Below, piece by piece: positions 60,202 to 64,000 of a DNA stretch of 64,000 nt (the first letter of the stretch is position 1; each line of letters begins with the position of its first letter). This DNA comes from Adineta vaga. Taxonomy: Eukaryota > Animalia > Rotifera. Both the position numbers and the translations under genes were made by a program. The stretch is taken from contig CP075496.1 in NCBI GenBank assembly GCA_021613535.1, forward strand, positions 62,001 to 126,000, given 5' to 3'. Under the pieces are notes generated by a model. The model saw nothing but the letters and a program-made list of their open reading frames with translations. It had not been told where the DNA came from and did no database searches.

Positions 60202-60674
60202 TTAATCCACTACAATAGAAGATAAATGAACGTTCGAACGACCACCATTTGCTGTTGACGTATATTCAACACCTATTTCTTGAACATTAGTAGAATTTTC
60301 TGATGGACTTTGATTTAAAACAAGTACAAGTGTTGTTGCATTATTATTGTTTAATTCAACTGGTCCAGAACCATACCATTCCCAGCTTGGTCCTGTTTTT
60401 ATATAAAGTTTTGCCGATATTTTAGCATTATTATCAGAGTTCCATGGAAGACGACATACTTGAGCAGTTAACCGTTTACGCCCGCTAACGTTCAAAACTG
60501 ATTTTTTTCGAGTAAAAAGGTAATAATGACTATTTGCAGTTAGTTGTATATCAGCTTTAAGAGCATCTTCTGGTTTAATAACAAATTCGTCTGTTGACCG
60601 CAGATCACGAACTATATTACAGTATTTCTTTTCAACAACACCAGAAGAAAAATAGGAAGCATTTGGTGTACCAC
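60202..60674 (-). pseudogene. Orphan terminal exon with a CBM59-like carbohydrate-binding module
   Basis: ALKADIQLTANSHYYL..LTAQV..W..AKLYIKTG..W.WY.SG..TTL.L.L..VQEIGVEY resembles C-terminal modules of Bacillus-type GH5 mannanases; open from the acceptor at 60675. Confidence 0.7.
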
Positions 60675-61717
60675 CTAAAGTAATATTATAACGATAAATG
60701 ATTCGTTGATTTTGTGAAACACGATCTGAAAGAGAGTGTTGAAGTGTTTATAAGTAGAAATTTGCACGCATCCCCCGCAGACGGTAACAGAGGGATCAGA
60801 ATGGTCAAAATAGCATCACAAACCGTAACAGATATACGTTAGCATAAGATCACAGGTCTCCGCCGGGCCGATGGAAAACAGATAAGAACGCGTGCCAATA
60901 ATTTGCCTCCTCGTGGGATAGTATTATTCCAACCCACGAAGAGCCTTGATATCAACTCATAACGAGAGTGTTAATGTTGAGTAAACTTTTCAGATTCACC
61001 GAGGGAATGATACTCTTTAAAATATTCAGTATATGCAAATGAAAGCAACTTTCGTTTTCTTTGTTCAAAATAATCGAAAGGATTTATTTCAATCTTTATT
61101 CGACTCGAGATGTAAAGTCGAAACAAAAGAACATATACTTATGAACGATTTAGAATATTCTAAGGAGATCTGACGCTCTTAAAGTTACTCTTCTGATGCA
61201 AAATATGTATCTACTAAGTAACTCCTATAAAAAAAACTGTATAGCTGACGATGATAAATATAGATAATATGGGATAAGTTAGTAGTTTTGATGGATCCGG
61301 AACTATGATAAAGGGGCGCTACAAGAAAAATCTGTGGCCAGTCATCGAACACTATGTTAGTTTAAACTATTTGTCATACTTTTTCTTCGGATCTCTTTCA
61401 GGCACCTTTGGAGTTCTTGTGATACATTGCTACACTGAGTACGATTCCGCTCAAGGGGTCCTGCTGTCTTGATGTCCTGTTCTACGCTCGTTACCCATGA
61501 ACGTATTATTAAACTAATAACTAAAGATTTTTATATATTCTTTTGTATAAAAAATGAAAGGGACTTCGGAATCTCTCAATAAGACTTTCACCAATAGCCA
61601 AATTTCACTGTACTTCCGCCGTTAGCGTGAGTCTTATTGGCGGACATCCCACCACTCAGATAAAAATCAATATTGTGAACTGATTGTTATTTTTCATATT
61701 GATATGAGACAAATTAG

Positions 61718-62482
61718 TTATAAAATAGTTAATAAACTAATATACAGTGTTATAGTCAAAGGCCCAAAGAATGATTCATATTGTCGTATAAAATATCCTG
61801 CTGCTGTCGTGTAGGACAGAAAAAGTTGGTCTGTACTCACCTCTGACACAAAAAATATTAATATTCCAATTACAATACACAATAATAGTTCCAATAATAA
61901 TCGCCAGTTTCGAAACACTGTTAATGGACATGAGCTTTGTTTTGTATTTGTTCTTGGAGAATTTTCATGGTCACAAATATGTCCTTGATTAAGAGAACCT
62001 AAATCACATTTTCAATAGAATCGCCATAGAAAATCATTGCGACTTACAAGACTGTAATTTCAATTTATCCTCTTGATCATCAGAAATTTCATTGATCATA
62101 TCATACGTGGCATTATCATAGATATATCACGAACTGATTGATTAAGTTCTTTTGATTCAATTCGTCTTAAATGTCCTATATCAACAAATAAAAATAATAG
62201 TTTTGTAACAAAACTTTAAAAAAACCTTTGAGTAATTCGACAGCATTCATACAATGAATGAATTTGATCAAATGCATCAATTAAAAATGTTAAATCCTTT
62301 TCACTAATTCTTCTTTCTTCTATAAGTCTTTCCATAATATTAAGTGTACCTGTAAGCGATGGATCATCTCGAAATCTTCGTGGAACAACACCACCAAGAT
62401 AAAAATGTAAACGTGATCGATCTTCATTACTAAGATGATCTTGAATATCCAATAAAATAACACGTAAACGTTGAGTATCCAT
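61718..62482 (-). pseudogene. Death-effector-domain plus transmembrane protein, frameshifted
   Basis: LRVILLDIQDHLSNEDRSRLHFYL..LNIMERL..ISEKDLTFLI..F is DED-like; downstream hydrophobic ORF 61718-61918. Confidence 0.6.
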
Positions 62483-62821
62483 TATTTATTATTTATTCCA
62501 CGAAGAAAATTGTATGATTAATAAGAATATCTGCTAAGAAGAAAAAAATAGTGAATAATCAATTTGAATCTTGCCTTAAGCGATAAATTTATCGTTTTGT
62601 GGGATTTCATTTTTTCCTTTCTCTCATGTAGAGTATGGGAAAAATTGTCAAGTATGGAATATCACCACTTATTATACAATCACACAGTCGGTCTTGTCGA
62701 TACTTTTCTTCTACTTTATTCTATGAGAAAAATCTGTCCTTTCTCACATCTTCAGACTATAGATTTATCTATTGTAAATTACGAAGGATTGACATTCAGA
62801 GAGCTGATTCGAAAAAATGAC

Positions 62822-62884
62822 GTGGGTGTGGGTGTGGGTGTGAGTATGAAAGAACAGTAGATACCCACACCCACCTACACCCTC
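62822..62884. repeat. Head-to-head telomeric-repeat cassette
   Basis: (GTGGGT)3GTGAGT, spacer, ACCCACACCCACCTACACCCTC. Confidence 0.85.
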
Positions 62885-63405
62885 GACTTCGAATGCTGAT
62901 TTAGGAAATACAAGTCAATTTCTTTGTAAACTTCGTATCCTTGTTTTTTTCAATACATTAACCATAGCTTTTTGACTTATTACATTAGCTACTCTTGATT
63001 GCATGGTGTTCTTCTAACAGGAATATTAATTATCGAAATCGAAGTACATTGAAAAATGCACAATGTGGTATTATTCTCATTGTGTTTATGTCAATTCTTA
63101 TACAAATTCAACAGATCTTCTATTATGAAGCCAATCTTACATATACTCCATTGAAATGTTATTCAAAAACGGTAACACGTGGTATTCTATCAGATTTATC
63201 CTTGATTATGATTACTGTCCTAATTCCATTATCATTTATGTTTATCTTTGATCGAATGATTATTTTAAATATACACCACACACAATCACGTTTAGAAGCC
63301 ACACAGCTATGACAATGTCGGATAGTAATGGAACTCTAAATCCCATTTTTGTCGATATTAGACATTTCAAACAACAACGCAAAACTGATAAACGATTATT
63401 CAACA
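62885..63405 (+). pseudogene. 5'-truncated GPCR pseudogene
   Basis: Starts near TM3 (DLGNTSQFLCKLR) directly after the cassette; TM4-TM5 in ORF 62995-63312; frameshifts. Confidence 0.65.
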
Positions 63406-64000
63406 TTACAAAATACGATTGAAATTTTAACTTTCGATTTATTTCTTCTTTTTATAAATTGTTGTTTCGGGAATGCCATTCTATATTTATAGATTACCTG
63501 GAAGAAAAGCATTTGGAAAAGCATCGTTAAATCTGTTTCATAGAAAATAAACATTATTGCCGCTCATAATCTCTTTATTTGGATAGAGAATAATAATCCT
63601 ACGGAAATAGAATGAAAGCTATGAAAGAGAAAATAAATTAAAAAGACGTAATTTCTTAAGATAAAATGTTTAGAGTGTATCGTGTGTCTGACATAAACAG
63701 AACTGATATATAATATTTTGATAGATGAAAGTGTTTTAGTCTATTTCCAGATTATCATTTGATAGACGAATAATATATAAACTAATTAAAATCAACGAAT
63801 TTGTATGTTAAAGATCATTTGTATTGAACTGAATATGTATCGAAGTCTTACTTGTACATGGTAATAATCAATTATATCTGAATATTTTCGAACAGATGAT
63901 GAAAAAAAGCCTTTCAATTAAAATTTATTGTATATTATTACGAAGTTTAAAAAAAAGTTATTTTTAAAATATATCGATGAATTGAAATATTCTGCGGAGT

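Noticed and set aside
60765-61650. Patches of higher GC, possible structured RNA or TE relic
   Set aside because: No ribozyme core, ORF or repeat recognised
1129-62884. Telomeric cassettes as a dispersed CRISPR-like spacer system
   Set aside because: Arms are inverted and variable in length, not arrayed; no cas-like genes; no spacer source identified

Overview
AT-rich eukaryotic DNA with short GT-AG introns, most consistent with a bdelloid rotifer. This is an inference from the TGTGGG/TGAGGG telomere-type repeats, Athena and Asn-rich Penelope retroelements, ART-TPR, ankyrin-ART, NHL and LDLa-EGF-GPCR families, and foreign-looking genes. The window resembles a fossil subtelomeric zone. Mobile elements: nested DNA transposons (several hAT including one intact, mariner, Merlin, a MULE-like foldback), a young Ty3/gypsy element with identical-looking LTRs, a non-LTR fragment, and two Penelope-like elements with hammerhead ribozymes. 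Genes: GPCRs, putative defence genes, one tRNA-Arg, and decayed candidate horizontally acquired genes (kiwellin, CBM59, GH99-like, pentapeptide repeat). The most striking unexplained structure is about 9-10 short head-to-head telomeric cassettes: a G-rich arm, a unique spacer, then a C-rich arm, often GAGGGT...ACCCTC. Several lie at junctions where genes or transposons are cut off, suggesting breaks healed with telomere repeats and then re-fused. All calls were read by eye; no searches were run.
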